Positions 42,655-53,445 of a DNA stretch of 64,000 bases are shown piece after piece; position 1 is the stretch's first letter; each line of letters starts with the position of its first letter. Location of the stretch: NCBI GenBank assembly GCA_030867685.1, contig JAQOWU010000007.1, positions 496,001 to 560,000 of the forward strand, written 5' to 3'. The notes beneath the pieces are model-generated. The model had not been told where the DNA came from, ran no database searches, and was given only the letters and a program-made list of their open reading frames with translations. Source of the DNA: Wickerhamiella versatilis (taxonomy: Eukaryota). Made by a program: the position numbers and the translations under genes.

Positions 42655-43269
42655 ATGAGCTTTGGTGACCTTAAGACCGCTACTGGCTTGGAAAAGCTGA
42701 ACGAGTACCTGCTCAACAACTCATTTGTATCTGGTACTGAGCAGTCCAAGGCTGACGTCGAGACTGCCGAGCAGCTCAGCGGTGCTCCTGACGCTGCTAA
42801 GTACCCAAACATTGCCCGTTGGTACAAGACTGTCGCTGCTAACGCTGACTTGAAGCAGGACGGTGGTGACGATGACGAGGTTGACCTCTTTGGCTCTGAT
42901 GAGGATGATGTTGATGAGGAGGCCGAGAAGGTCAAGCAGCAGCGCCTTGAGGAGTACAAGGAGCGCAAGGCTGAGAAGGAGGCCAAGAAGGGTAAGACCA
43001 TCGCCAAGTCTGCCGTCACCCTTGATGTCAAGGGTTGGGACGATGAGACTGATATGGAGGAGCTCACCCGTAACGTCCTCAATGTTAACCTTGACGGACT
43101 TACCTGGGGTGGCCACAAGTACGTCCCTGTTGGCTTTGGTATCAACAAGCTTCAAATCAACTGCATTGTTGAGGACGACAAGGTTCTTATGGATGATTTG
43201 GCCGAGGCCATCGAGGCCGACGAGGATCACGTGCAGAGCGTTGATGTTGCTGCCATGCAAAAGCTTTAG
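42655..43269 (+). CDS. EFB1: Translation elongation factor 1-beta (eEF1B-alpha)
   Basis: YPNIARWY, DDDEVDLFGSD, AKSAVTLDVKGWDDET, VPVGFGI, VQSVDVAAMQKL; strong codon bias; uninterrupted ORF. Confidence 0.97.
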   Translation: MSFGDLKTATGLEKLNEYLLNNSFVSGTEQSKADVETAEQLSGAPDAAKYPNIARWYKTVAANADLKQDGGDDDEVDLFGSDEDDVDEEAEKVKQQRLEEYKERKAEKEAKKGKTIAKSAVTLDVKGWDDETDMEELTRNVLNVNLDGLTWGGHKYVPVGFGINKLQINCIVEDDKVLMDDLAEAIEADEDHVQSVDVAAMQKL

Positions 43270-43567
43270 ATTCGCTAGATAAAAATATGAATTTTTTTGT
43301 AGTTCTGGGTTCTATTGCTCTCCGTGTGCCCTGTGTCTATGCGCAGCTCACAATCATTTAGCTGCTTTTTACTCTACAGGGGTGCTGGATTTGGATTTCA
43401 AGCACACAAATGTGATTAGATCTTACTGTATTTTGCATTTATATTAACGAATAAATTAGGTGTACCACAATGAGTTCTCGCCACTCCTTTATTATTTATT
43501 CCCGGCATCGAAAAACTTCAGGCCTTGTCTTCAATAAAAACGAATTTCTTGTTGATGAGTAATCACC

Positions 43568-44626
43568 ATGGGTCTTTTCGACAATGTTCAAGCAGATGAG
43601 AATTTCTCCAAGGTGTTCCAAAAAACTGAAAACAGGAATTCAGCAGTGAATGCAAAGGATAGCTCGACAGAGGCTAGCCCAATGAAGGCAAATGCCAACT
43701 CAGAGTCACCTAATTCCTCTGATCTTGGTGACATCGAAGCCAATGCGGCCAGTGAAGGTTCGAAGTCTGAATTGGCAAATTCTTCCAAGGTAATTGACAA
43801 AGAAAATGAATCCCAGCAGGATAAGTCTAAGGATGAACGAACTATTTTCGTTGGAAATGTGAATAATAAGGTGATAACCGACAAACAGGCATATAAAGAG
43901 TTCAAGGATACATTTTCCAGTGTCGGTCCGGTTGAAAGCATACGCTTCCGCAGTATAGCATTCAGTGAAATACTGCCACGTAAAGCCGCATACATTCAGC
44001 AGAAACTCCACCCAAGTCGTGATGCCGTTAACGCCTATATTGTCTACAAGGAAAAGGATTCGGTAAGTAAAGCACTGGGCCTAAATGCAGAAGTTGTTCA
44101 GGACCACCATCTCCGGGTGGACAGTGTAAAGGAACCGGCAGAGCAGGATTCTAAGCGGTCTGTATTCATTGGGAATCTGAACTTTGAGGCCACAGAGGAA
44201 GCTCTATGGACATTTTTTGAAGGATGTGGATCTATCGAAAGTGTGAGGATCGTGCGTGACCCAAAAACAAATCTGGGAAAAGGTTTTGCATTTGTACAGT
44301 TTGTGGACCCTTCCTCAACCCAAGTGGCACTGATGAAGAACGATACTGAGTTGCAGGGCCGTCAATTACGGGTGGTGAGAACATCCTCGAAACGTGCACA
44401 CAACCCCGCTGCACGTAGATTGCGCACAAAGGACCGGCGCCAGCCAAAAACTACTGAGAAACGGTCCGAGAAAAAACCCAAGCATTCCCCCGGGAAGGTG
44501 CTGGAGGGTCAGAGAGCTCAGGAGGGCGTGAAAGCTAGCCTCGGGCGCAAAAGAAAATCCAGAACATCGTCAGGCCGTGTGGCTAAACGCTCGCGGAAAC
44601 ATGCTACATCAGGCGGTCCAAATTAA
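43568..44626 (+). CDS. NOP12: Nucleolar two-RRM protein Nop12
   Basis: [55 protein letters not shown], basic tail. Confidence 0.9.
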   Translation: MGLFDNVQADENFSKVFQKTENRNSAVNAKDSSTEASPMKANANSESPNSSDLGDIEANAASEGSKSELANSSKVIDKENESQQDKSKDERTIFVGNVNNKVITDKQAYKEFKDTFSSVGPVESIRFRSIAFSEILPRKAAYIQQKLHPSRDAVNAYIVYKEKDSVSKALGLNAEVVQDHHLRVDSVKEPAEQDSKRSVFIGNLNFEATEEALWTFFEGCGSIESVRIVRDPKTNLGKGFAFVQFVDPSSTQVALMKNDTELQGRQLRVVRTSSKRAHNPAARRLRTKDRRQPKTTEKRSEKKPKHSPGKVLEGQRAQEGVKASLGRKRKSRTSSGRVAKRSRKHATSGGPN

Positions 44627-44810
44627 TATCCTGCCAGACGGGCTTCCGTTTTGCTCTCTCCATTGATGGCTTCTCGGGTAAAATATCATCGTCGGGTAAT
44701 GGGGGTGCAGCAATTATGTCGTCATAAGGAAGCTTTTCCGCCCTTAAATCCCTTAGTTTCCACAAAACCCGTCCCGAAGGTCGATAGGCCGTCCCCAGTT
44801 CGGAGTCCAT
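44604..44810 (-). CDS. APC13: Anaphase-promoting complex subunit Apc13/Swm1-like, 68 aa
   Basis: From ATG 44810: MDSE...GRVL...EKLPYDD...WQDINL, matching the Apc13 pattern MDSE..GR.L..D.LPYED..W.D..L as I recall it. Confidence 0.72.
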   Translation of the reverse strand: MDSELGTAYRPSGRVLWKLRDLRAEKLPYDDIIAAPPLPDDDILPEKPSMERAKRKPVWQDINLDRLM

Positions 44811-45027
44811 TACTAATGGCAATGTTTTGGGCAAGACCACCTCTATACATATTTACTCGTAGTGGTATACAATATTCTGAATAATAGATAGAAGCAGTAA
44901 TACTTTCTCTAGTAGCGTAAACGGCAAAATTTGCACTAGTAAACCAGGTAGCATGATATAATGGTGGGACTGGCTGTGGCTGGTCTGATAACAAGAATCC
45001 GAGCACCACTCGTTACTAAGCACAGCA

Positions 45028-46452
45028 ATGTCAAGTATCGTGCGTTCAATTAAGAACGTTACAAGCGGCTATTCATCTAGCCAGGTGAAGGTTAGGAATG
45101 CGACGAAGAACGATGAGGAGCAACCCTCCCGGTCGCAGATGCAGGAGATAGCGGACTTAACCTACACGGATCATGAGATGTTCCTTATTATGGACATGTT
45201 AGACAAGCGCCTCAATGATAAAGGAAAGAATTGGCGGCATGTAATGAAGAGTTTGGCCCTTCTTGACTATCTTGTGCGGTACGGCAGTGATAATGTTATC
45301 ATCTGGTGCCGTGAAAATCTATATATTGTGAAGACACTCCGGGAGTTCCATCACCGGGATGATTCGGGACACGATGTTGGCGCTCCCATTCGTGATCGTG
45401 CGAGAGAGTTAACTTCTCTTCTGATGGATCTGGAGAGACTAAGACTGGAGCGAAGTGGCCACGCACGACACCAGAGACGGCGGCCAGCTAGATACCGTCG
45501 GTCTCGGAGTGAGTCACCACCAGCCCGTAGTGATGCCAATCCTGAGGATGATGACATGGCAATGGCTCTGGCACTATCCCGTCAGACTGCAGAGGAGGAC
45601 GAAGAACGAAGAAGAATGGCAGGAATGAATGGGTCGGCTCCCATGGCTCAAGCTCAGGCGCAAACAGCAGCAAATGCCACAGATTTATTCGGCGGTAACA
45701 TGATTGATACTTCCGCAGCCTACCAACCTGCCCAGGTCACTGGTTACCCCCAAGGTACTGGTGTCGGGGCTAATATGTTCAGCGACTATGATATGCAACA
45801 GTATTATCTTGCCCAGCAACAGTTCCAACAGCAGCAAGCGGAGCTTGCCAGACAGCAGGCATTGTATGACCAACAACAGGCAGAATTGGCTCGTGAACAG
45901 GCAGCGCTCGAGGCTCAGCAGACGGCGTATCAGCAACAACTTCAGAATGAGCAGGCCCAACAGGCCCAACAGGCCCAGCAAGCCCAGCAAGCCCAGCAGG
46001 CCCAGGCGCAACTACAACCACTCAAAACTGGTTCTAACAATCCATTTGCAGCGTTCAACCAACAGCAGCAGCAACAACAAAGTTCTACACAGCAGACAGG
46101 GGCAAGACCCTCTCTTGGGCGCCGTCGGTCCACAGCCAACTTTGATCAAAAACATGTTGACCAACTAGACCAAATTCTAAGTCTCGAAGCACCTGCCGAT
46201 ACTTTCGGAAATACTGGCCAAGCTCGAATCCCCGCTCAGCACACTTCTTCCACCTATATCAATTCGGCTGGTCAAGGCATAAGCGAATACCAAACAGGAG
46301 GGGGCACGCAGACCTCTAACAATAATCCATTTTTAGGACAGCATTACACAGGTATTGCTTCGACTCAAATGACACCAGCTCACACAGGATATGGCTTTGG
46401 AAATGCAAATTCAAATTCCAATCGATCTTCGACGAACCTGATTGATCTATAG
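45028..46452 (+). CDS. Epsin (Ent1/Ent2 family)
   Basis: ENTH domain (KVRNAT.ND, DKRLNDKGKNWRHV, ENLYIVKTLREF), UIM (DDDMAMALALS), Gln-rich region, NPF motifs, clathrin box NLIDL. Confidence 0.95.
   Translation: MSSIVRSIKNVTSGYSSSQVKVRNATKNDEEQPSRSQMQEIADLTYTDHEMFLIMDMLDKRLNDKGKNWRHVMKSLALLDYLVRYGSDNVIIWCRENLYIVKTLREFHHRDDSGHDVGAPIRDRARELTSLLMDLERLRLERSGHARHQRRRPARYRRSRSESPPARSDANPEDDDMAMALALSRQTAEEDEERRRMAGMNGSAPMAQAQAQTAANATDLFGGNMIDTSAAYQPAQVTGYPQGTGVGANMFSDYDMQQYYLAQQQFQQQQAELARQQALYDQQQAELAREQAALEAQQTAYQQQLQNEQAQQAQQAQQAQQAQQAQAQLQPLKTGSNNPFAAFNQQQQQQQSSTQQTGARPSLGRRRSTANFDQKHVDQLDQILSLEAPADTFGNTGQARIPAQHTSSTYINSAGQGISEYQTGGGTQTSNNNPFLGQHYTGIASTQMTPAHTGYGFGNANSNSNRSSTNLIDL
45952..46005 (+). 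repeat. Coding 9-bp minisatellite CARGCCCAR x6 (QAQ repeat) in epsin
   Basis: CAGGCCCAA CAGGCCCAA CAGGCCCAG CAAGCCCAG CAAGCCCAG CAGGCCCAG. Confidence 0.9.
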
Positions 46453-46609
46453 TTGTCACGAATTTATGGTAGAATTCCACGCTACTTAAAAGGAATTTGT
46501 GTATTATTTTGCGACTCCCTAAAATCGACTAAAAACTCTTTACTTATTATAGATATAGGGCGATATAAATAAGATCATTAATGAAATAAATAGAATAGTG
46601 GTGTTCATT

Positions 46610-47503
46610 TCATTCGAAACCGCTATTGTTACTGGAGCTGTTTTTCACAATGACGCTTCCAACGGTACTCACGAGCGACATGATTTCTGAATGATTTGAT
46701 TGCACACGCCTTAGAGCCTCAGCCGGCAATCTGAGAGCCTTGTAAACGTTCATTAGTGACAACATAATGTCAACAAGGCTACCTTCCGAGATAGGCCGCC
46801 CAGAATAACGAGCCTTTTCGTACATATCCGTAAAATCAGCAATATCAAAAGTGGCGTCCTCGGCCATTATACCATCCGCTACTGAAATTGCTAGATATTG
46901 ACGCAGGCTCTGCGATGGAGGCCGATACCTCTGCGGATCAACCTCAAGAATAGCTTCTTCGAGAAAACGAGGTACCATCTGGATAATTTCGGCAAAAGGT
47001 GCCTCAAGCTTGATGGAGTCACTCTGGGATTGAGGGTTCTGCAGACCAGGATGCTTTACTGCCGAAAAATCGCATTGGGAGAAGAATATTTGATTGCAGC
47101 GTTCGCGCTCCTTCAATATCCGATTCCACATACTCTTGGTCATGTCTTTTTGGGTTAGCTGGTAACCACGGGGAATACGGTTCAGGGAGCGGCTAACGTC
47201 AATCCTACGCACAAGGCTCAGAAAAATGGTCCAGACAACTATTAGGCCTATAGCAACGGCAACGATAATGCTATTCCAGAACTGGCCACTTTGGAAGGAT
47301 TGGGGAAGAATATCAACTGGATTGAGAACAAAAAACCCGACGACCAGGAACCGTAAGATCAAATTCGATGTTGTCGATATAACTTGACGTTTGGTCCAAT
47401 TTTTTCTTTTTTCCCCATACATGTTCCACATCTTGCGACCCGCATGAGGAATAAAACCCACTGGGCGTGAGACCCAATTGTATGCTCTGCGAGATATCCT
47501 CAT
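46610..47503 (-). CDS. DLT1: Dlt1-like membrane protein (defect at low temperature)
   Basis: Two TMs with P.D.I.QS, RRI..SRSL.RIP..Y, HPG, SLRQYL, YEKARYSG pattern. Confidence 0.7.
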   Translation of the reverse strand: MRISRRAYNWVSRPVGFIPHAGRKMWNMYGEKRKNWTKRQVISTTSNLILRFLVVGFFVLNPVDILPQSFQSGQFWNSIIVAVAIGLIVVWTIFLSLVRRIDVSRSLNRIPRGYQLTQKDMTKSMWNRILKERERCNQIFFSQCDFSAVKHPGLQNPQSQSDSIKLEAPFAEIIQMVPRFLEEAILEVDPQRYRPPSQSLRQYLAISVADGIMAEDATFDIADFTDMYEKARYSGRPISEGSLVDIMLSLMNVYKALRLPAEALRRVQSNHSEIMSLVSTVGSVIVKNSSSNNSGFE

Positions 47504-47707
47504 ACACGGATGAGTCAGTGTTTACTTCCATGTATATACAATGAAACAGTAGACAGAAGCCTGAAACTAAGCTTAGGACAATATTGAACGGAATTTTTTT
47601 ACTCTACAAAAAAAAAGATAAAAAAACCTATGTCTAAGAAATCATTAAGAGTGTCGGCAACAATGCTACAGTAAATTGAACAACGTCAAGTAGCGGTTAT
47701 CTTCTTC

Positions 47708-48892
47708 TTACTGAGTGGCGTTTTTCAAAGAAAAGTTCTCAGAGGGAATACGTCCCCGGAACAACTCAGGCTCAGTTCCAGGAACATAGACGTCAGTGTA
47801 AAATGATGTAGGACTGACTTCAGGGAAGGGTGCCTTTTCAGCAATTTCGACTTCCTTCTCCACGAAAGCACGGGCTTCCTTTTCGATCTTCTTGAGTTCA
47901 TCCTCGGTTCCTGCCTCGAGTTCAAGGATACGAAGCTTGAGACCAGTGATGGAATCGTGGTGTGATCTCATGTTCTGGATTTCCTCACGGGTACGGTACG
48001 TAGTGCCTGGATCAGACATCGAATGACCACCGTAACGATAAGTCTCGAACTCAACGACAAGAGGACCCTTTCCAGAAATGCACCATTCGCGTGCGAACCT
48101 AGATCCCTCGTAGCAAGCCAGGACATCCATACCGTTGATCTTCAGACCAGGGATGTATTGACCACGCTTGTAGTACTCAGTAAGTGCAGAAGAACGGGAA
48201 GCCGAGGTACCCATACCATATTTATTGTTCTCGCAAGCGAAAATGACGGGTACCTTCCAGAGTTTGGCCATGTTAAAGGATTCGAAAACCTGGCCCTGGT
48301 TGGCGGCACCATCACCATAGAGCGTAAAGCAAGCGTTCTTTTCCTTACGGTATTGGTGTGCAAAACCAAGACCCAAGCCCATAGGGACCTGAGCACCTAC
48401 GATACCATTACCACCGAAAAAGTTTTTGGCAAACATATGCATCGAGCCACCCTTGCCTTTTGAGACACCATTAGCCTTTCCCATGAGCTCGCCAATAATG
48501 GAGCTGATAGATGCACCACGCGTATAGCAGAAACCGTGGCAGCGGTAACTGGTAATGATAGCGTCATTTCTATCCGTTGCTTCCTCAATACCTACAGCAA
48601 CCGCTTCCTGACCAGTTGACAAGTGGCAGAAACCACGGATCTCCTTGGCCTTGTACAGACGGTCAGCCTCCATCTCCATACGACGGATGATTACCATCTC
48701 CCTGTACATCTCTAGAAGCTTATCACGCGATGTGTGTACTTCTTTGTTCGGGAACTCGTCGAGTTCATAGTACTCGAAGGAATTATCTGGAAGGGTAACA
48801 GTATACTCCTTGTTTTCAGTTGCGAAAGTACGCAATGAAGATGCGACTCGGCTCGCAACAGGCTTCGACACGCGAGTATAGGCACGAAGCAT
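47708..48892 (-). CDS. PDA1: Pyruvate dehydrogenase E1 alpha
   Basis: Presequence, IRGFCHL, GKGGSMH, YGDGAANQGQ, TYRYGGHSMSDPG. Confidence 0.98.
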   Translation of the reverse strand: MLRAYTRVSKPVASRVASSLRTFATENKEYTVTLPDNSFEYYELDEFPNKEVHTSRDKLLEMYREMVIIRRMEMEADRLYKAKEIRGFCHLSTGQEAVAVGIEEATDRNDAIITSYRCHGFCYTRGASISSIIGELMGKANGVSKGKGGSMHMFAKNFFGGNGIVGAQVPMGLGLGFAHQYRKEKNACFTLYGDGAANQGQVFESFNMAKLWKVPVIFACENNKYGMGTSASRSSALTEYYKRGQYIPGLKINGMDVLACYEGSRFAREWCISGKGPLVVEFETYRYGGHSMSDPGTTYRTREEIQNMRSHHDSITGLKLRILELEAGTEDELKKIEKEARAFVEKEVEIAEKAPFPEVSPTSFYTDVYVPGTEPELFRGRIPSENFSLKNATQ

Positions 48893-49140
48893 ACTTGTTA
48901 ACTAGTTGGTTGGTTGGGGGGGACAGAGCTGAGGTAATTCGGTAGTTTCGTGGTTAGGGGGCTTACAATCCAGGATTTGAGTGTAGGCAAATGTTGAGAG
49001 CCAAAGTAGTAGCCAAGAAGTTTTAATGGCTAGAATTAATTATTATAGATTGTTTTTTTTACTGAGGTTTTCTTAAAGATTTTCATGAGAGCTTGTTCTT
49101 AGACAAGGGAATGGAAGCTTTCGTAAAATAAACTAACACG

Positions 49141-49232
49141 GTAATTTATATTACAACTGGGAATATATTTCCTTTATCGGACAAGTTTATGCCTGCAGTT
49201 TACTGCAAGATACTAACGTATCTTTGGAACAG
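49141..49232 (+). other. Candidate spliceosomal intron upstream of the SDR gene
   Basis: G|GTAATT donor at 49141, perfect TACTAAC branch site at 49211-49217, AACAG|G acceptor at 49232. Confidence 0.45.
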
Positions 49233-49353
49233 GTGCAGGCTTGTGGAATTAATTTCCCAGTTGGGAAGAGTACCCACCCTATGTGGAAACTACCTGATTC
49301 TCAAGAATAATAAGTTAAAAAAAGCTAGAATTCTTCACTCTATTGCTACCTGA

Positions 49354-50343
49354 ATGACCAAAACTTGGTTTGAGCCCAGTGACGTGTGTGTAGTGACAGG
49401 CGGTGCCCAAGGGTTGGGTGCTGCTATAGTAAAGTCACTCCACGAAACTCAAGACGTCAAAGTCGTTTCGCTCGATGTAACTGATCCATTAAACTTCATT
49501 GATGGCGTTCATTACCTTTATTGTGATGTGCGCGATGAGCAAAACATCGTTGACGCTCGCGAAGCTATTATCAAAGAAATTGGCAAGCCAACAGTACTAG
49601 TTAACAACGCGGCAATCCGAAAGGGCTGGTGCGGACTTGCAGATGCAAATTACAGCGACATTGATGATATACTTCGAGTGAACCTAGGCGGGGCAATGAG
49701 AACTACCCGCGCGTTCCTGCCAGATATGTTGGAGGCTAACCGAGGGTACATTGTAACAATTGCCAGTGCTTTAGCCATGGTCTCTCCTGCAGGACTTTGT
49801 GCCTATGGTGCGTCGAAAGCAGGGCTTCTAGGGTTTCATGAAAGCCTATCCCATGAAATAAAAGAGTCCAAGGTGAAAACCATGCTGGTATGTCCCGGCC
49901 AGCTTGATACAAAAATGTTTAGCGATATTAACGTCAGTTCATCTGTACTGGCTCCAGTGGTGTCACAGTTAAAGCTGGGAGAAAAGGTGGTGAAAAAAAT
50001 TAGCAAAGGAAAGTCGAGCACAGTGTATTCTCCAGCCTATGTTCGCTACTTGCCCATTATGCGAGCATTGCCAACACCTATCGCAGAAGTCGCTCGAAAA
50101 TGGGCTGGTGTAGATGTGTTTTACGAGCAGCCACCCTTATCGGAAAGCGAGGAGATACCTGGATCGCCCCCAACCGAGCATGAGCTAAACCCAGACCATC
50201 AAAGTGAAAAGAATAAAGATAGCACCAATCTCAATCCTGAAACAGACGAGAAACTGTCGAGCTCACCAAATAAGTCTGGTAGTCCTGGCCATAGCACTCT
50301 AATTGCCGAGGACCAGGAGGAGACAAGTGCATGGCAGAAATAA
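49354..50343 (+). CDS. Short-chain dehydrogenase/reductase (Tda5/retinol-dehydrogenase-like)
   Basis: VVTGGAQGLG, CDV, LVNNAA, YGASK catalytic motif, CPGQL.T.MF; low-complexity C-tail. Confidence 0.9.
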   Translation: MTKTWFEPSDVCVVTGGAQGLGAAIVKSLHETQDVKVVSLDVTDPLNFIDGVHYLYCDVRDEQNIVDAREAIIKEIGKPTVLVNNAAIRKGWCGLADANYSDIDDILRVNLGGAMRTTRAFLPDMLEANRGYIVTIASALAMVSPAGLCAYGASKAGLLGFHESLSHEIKESKVKTMLVCPGQLDTKMFSDINVSSSVLAPVVSQLKLGEKVVKKISKGKSSTVYSPAYVRYLPIMRALPTPIAEVARKWAGVDVFYEQPPLSESEEIPGSPPTEHELNPDHQSEKNKDSTNLNPETDEKLSSSPNKSGSPGHSTLIAEDQEETSAWQK

Positions 50344-50429
50344 AAGTGGTTTAACCAAAGGTATGCAATGGCCAAAATTAAAACAAGTTAATTAATTAAT
50401 CTATATCTATTAATGCTCTGCTCTAGGGT

Positions 50430-52529
50430 TCAGATTACGTTTGTTTCTAAGTCCTCAAAAAAAGTTCGTTCAATATCTGTGCGTCCAGTGACTGCAAAAC
50501 CAGTACGAAGGACGAACAAGGCCTGTAACCTGTCCTCTAAGGGTGCATCAATGATTCCAGGAAGGCAATTAGCTAACGTTCTAGCCTTCTCCAGGTAGTA
50601 ATAATCCTCTTCCGTCTCTCCGGACAACTTCGAAAGATATTGAGCAATAGACACCAAATCGAAACCTTTTTGTCCCTCCAAAACGGAAATTGTCATCTGT
50701 ATAACTTTGAAAAGCAAAATCTTAGCATTGAAGTTGGAGAAATCAGGATCCGCTCTCGTGTGATATTTCACGGGACACTCCGTAGATGCGTTTATTGACG
50801 AAGCTGTAATTTCAAGTCTTCCTGTAGTGTTAACAAAGATTGATTTAGCCGATCCAGCCCGCAGGCTTCCAACATTGACCGAACATATATTTTTCGATGT
50901 TCTCTGGATCGAAGAATAAAAACCTTTAACACTGTTAATCGGGCGTGAGGACTTAATGGTCACCACCACATTATGGTGCGTATATGATTTTTCTGCTGCT
51001 GCAATGCCCTCTAGCACTTGTGTGAGATTGTTGCCTGTTGTGAAACTACCCCCTGATTGAATGGCCATCTTGGCGAGCACCGGGGATTCTGGTGAATCAA
51101 GAACAACTGAATGAATGCGGGGTCCTTCGATCTGAGGACATTCAGGTGAGCCATCGTCCACCAGAATACAACAAGAAGCAGTTGATACCAGGTCATCTAT
51201 GCCACCATAGTACTTATCCACCTCGAAACCTGCCACAACGTCCTTCCAACCATGCCAGTCAGGGCTATGAAAACCAGTACACCAATTCAGGGCATAGGTA
51301 GCGACAGAAACTCTATCCACAAACTCTAAACGACTGATTATTCCGGAAAGTGCACTGATTGAGCGAGCTGGAAGGCAGACCAACATTTTTACAGGCGGTC
51401 TGGTAACGAAACCATCTGGAAGCGGAGGTATGCTCTTCAAAGAGTGGAGTAAGGATGCCTGCCATTGCCATACAACATCCTGTGAAAACTGCAGAAAAAA
51501 TGCACCATGCGTGTTCGACTGCACGCATAGGCCCACATTGCCGTCCGGAAAGAGTTTCACGCTTGACTCAAAACCAACCCCAACAAGCTGGGCCACGAAA
51601 ATCAAGCGGTTTTCTCTGCATAGAACTATAGCATTTGAGAATAAAAATGCTTTTGCATCGAAAAGATCATCAGTTGACCATCCAGCCTTGCATTGGTTAG
51701 CTAGCCGTAAGCTACCGCTTTTGAATGTATCGAAATTCAGGCCGCTTCTTTTAGCAGCTTCAAATGCTGGCTCACCAAGTTGCTGTGAAATTTCAGGCGC
51801 TTCAGGAATTTTGAATGCATCAATTGGAGGCAGGAGTGTTACCAAGTATGACTTGGAGCTCTCACCATCAACATTTATATTCAAAGGCGCTGCTTTTCGT
51901 GGTGCATCAATGAGCAGCGACTCATCATAAATAGATGAAGCTACTGTGGAGGCACGGCTGGATAAACTGGGAACATTATTGAAGTGCATATCAGAGCGCA
52001 ACAAGTCGAGCTGGCTTTGATTGTAAAACTCATTGGGGTATACTGAATCGAGTTTGTGATGTCTTGTGGGTGGAAAAATCTTCTCGTCTGAGATTTCGTG
52101 AGCATCATCATTGTAATCATCATCTTCGGCAAGTGGATTGCAAAAACTGCATTCTTCATCTTGCAATGATACAATACACTGAGCGTGAGCGAAATGTGAA
52201 CAACTCAGTTCGGTATCTGCATTGTCATAACCACAATAACCACAGACTATAGGAACGGGCCTACGCATAATATAACTCCCGCGAGAGGGAGGAATACTAG
52301 TCTTCACTCCACTTGTTCTCGCTGTGTGCATATAAGGAGAGTCAGTGGACTCAGGTGTCCAGCTATCACGCAAGAAGCTCATATGTCCCAGCATACTTTC
52401 ACGCATATCTAGGGGTGAGGATAATATATGTGCCATGGTCTTGTGGCTGGCACCGGTATCATGATTTCCATATAAGGCCTGCTCACTCAGCGGTACCACC
52501 AATCTAGGGCGAGGCAAGGGTAATGTCAT
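50430..52529 (-). CDS. RING-PH-vWA scaffold (Far1/Ste5 family)
   Basis: RING-H2 (CGYC...CSHFAHAQC...CSFC), PH-like region (GSLRL...FLFSNAIVL...QWQASL), vWA-like region (DRVSVATY, LAKMAIQSGGSF). Confidence 0.65.
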   Translation of the reverse strand: MTLPLPRPRLVVPLSEQALYGNHDTGASHKTMAHILSSPLDMRESMLGHMSFLRDSWTPESTDSPYMHTARTSGVKTSIPPSRGSYIMRRPVPIVCGYCGYDNADTELSCSHFAHAQCIVSLQDEECSFCNPLAEDDDYNDDAHEISDEKIFPPTRHHKLDSVYPNEFYNQSQLDLLRSDMHFNNVPSLSSRASTVASSIYDESLLIDAPRKAAPLNINVDGESSKSYLVTLLPPIDAFKIPEAPEISQQLGEPAFEAAKRSGLNFDTFKSGSLRLANQCKAGWSTDDLFDAKAFLFSNAIVLCRENRLIFVAQLVGVGFESSVKLFPDGNVGLCVQSNTHGAFFLQFSQDVVWQWQASLLHSLKSIPPLPDGFVTRPPVKMLVCLPARSISALSGIISRLEFVDRVSVATYALNWCTGFHSPDWHGWKDVVAGFEVDKYYGGIDDLVSTASCCILVDDGSPECPQIEGPRIHSVVLDSPESPVLAKMAIQSGGSFTTGNNLTQVLEGIAAAEKSYTHHNVVVTIKSSRPINSVKGFYSSIQRTSKNICSVNVGSLRAGSAKSIFVNTTGRLEITASSINASTECPVKYHTRADPDFSNFNAKILLFKVIQMTISVLEGQKGFDLVSIAQYLSKLSGETEEDYYYLEKARTLANCLPGIIDAPLEDRLQALFVLRTGFAVTGRTDIERTFFEDLETNVI

Positions 52530-53016
52530 TCGTCAGTGTTAGAACAAAGAGCAAGATCTCGAAACTAATGCTAAAGCAGGGGTAGATGTAAATCTAAGAA
52601 AATTGAATGCTAGGACTGCTTTGGCAGCTTATCGCCTGCTTCATTCATTCTCAATGTAAGGCGAGTTAGATTGACTGCTGATGTGAACATGCATGAATAT
52701 AGTAGACGCACTAGAGGCACTCAGATATCTGATAGTTGATCAGTGTTGAGTTACTAGAAAATGGGGGAATAAGCAATTAGCCTCTGGTTTATAACCTATA
52801 TGAGAAAGAATAGGAACATTATCGTCTCATAATGCTGTTCTGCGTTTTATCAGGGTAAGGTCCAGGGGTACATTTTAACCTCAGGGATGTAAAATGAATA
52901 AGTATTTTAAACTATCATTGCTCTTATATGCTATTTTCTTCCATTCTTTTTTTTGTTATCATATATTCAAGACCTGGATACTTCGAAATGAGGAATGGTG
53001 GTTAATATGACTCATC

Positions 53017-53445
53017 ATGAGTGCCTTTCTACCGCACTTACGCACTGGTTGGCATGTGGACCAAGCTATACTCAGTGAGGAGGAAAGGCTAGTCATAATT
53101 CGATTTGGAGATGAACTACATCCGGATGTGATGCGTATGGACGAAACGCTATACAGTGTGGCCGAGCGTGTGCGGAATTTTGCCGTTATATACGTTACCG
53201 ATGTCCATGACTTTGACGAACTCTACGAACTTTACGATGATGTGACTGTCATGTTTTTTTGGAGGAACAGACATATGATGTGTGATTTTGGAACTGGAGA
53301 TAACAATAAATTAAATTTTCCTGTGGATGACCCTCAAGATATGATCGATATTATAGAAACGATTTTCCGAGGTGCTCGAAAGGGTAAAGGTCTCGTTGTT
53401 TCGCCTGTGGACTTCACAAATGAGAAAGTCAAAAGCGTTGTTTGA
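53017..53445 (+). CDS. DIB1: U5 snRNP thioredoxin-like protein Dib1
   Basis: LPHL..GWHVDQAILSEEERLVIIRFG, FFWRNRHMMCDFGTG.NNK, RGARKGKGLVVSP. Confidence 0.97.
   Translation: MSAFLPHLRTGWHVDQAILSEEERLVIIRFGDELHPDVMRMDETLYSVAERVRNFAVIYVTDVHDFDELYELYDDVTVMFFWRNRHMMCDFGTGDNNKLNFPVDDPQDMIDIIETIFRGARKGKGLVVSPVDFTNEKVKSVV

Noticed and set aside
42588-43282. Long antisense and alternative-frame ORFs over EFB1 (186, 179 and 139 aa)
   Set aside because: Typical shadow ORFs caused by strong codon bias in a highly expressed gene; no protein motifs.
45685-46168. Repetitive ORFs (LLG, WAC and RPN repeats)
   Set aside because: Alternative-frame readings of the epsin QAQ minisatellite; not a CRISPR array or separate genes.
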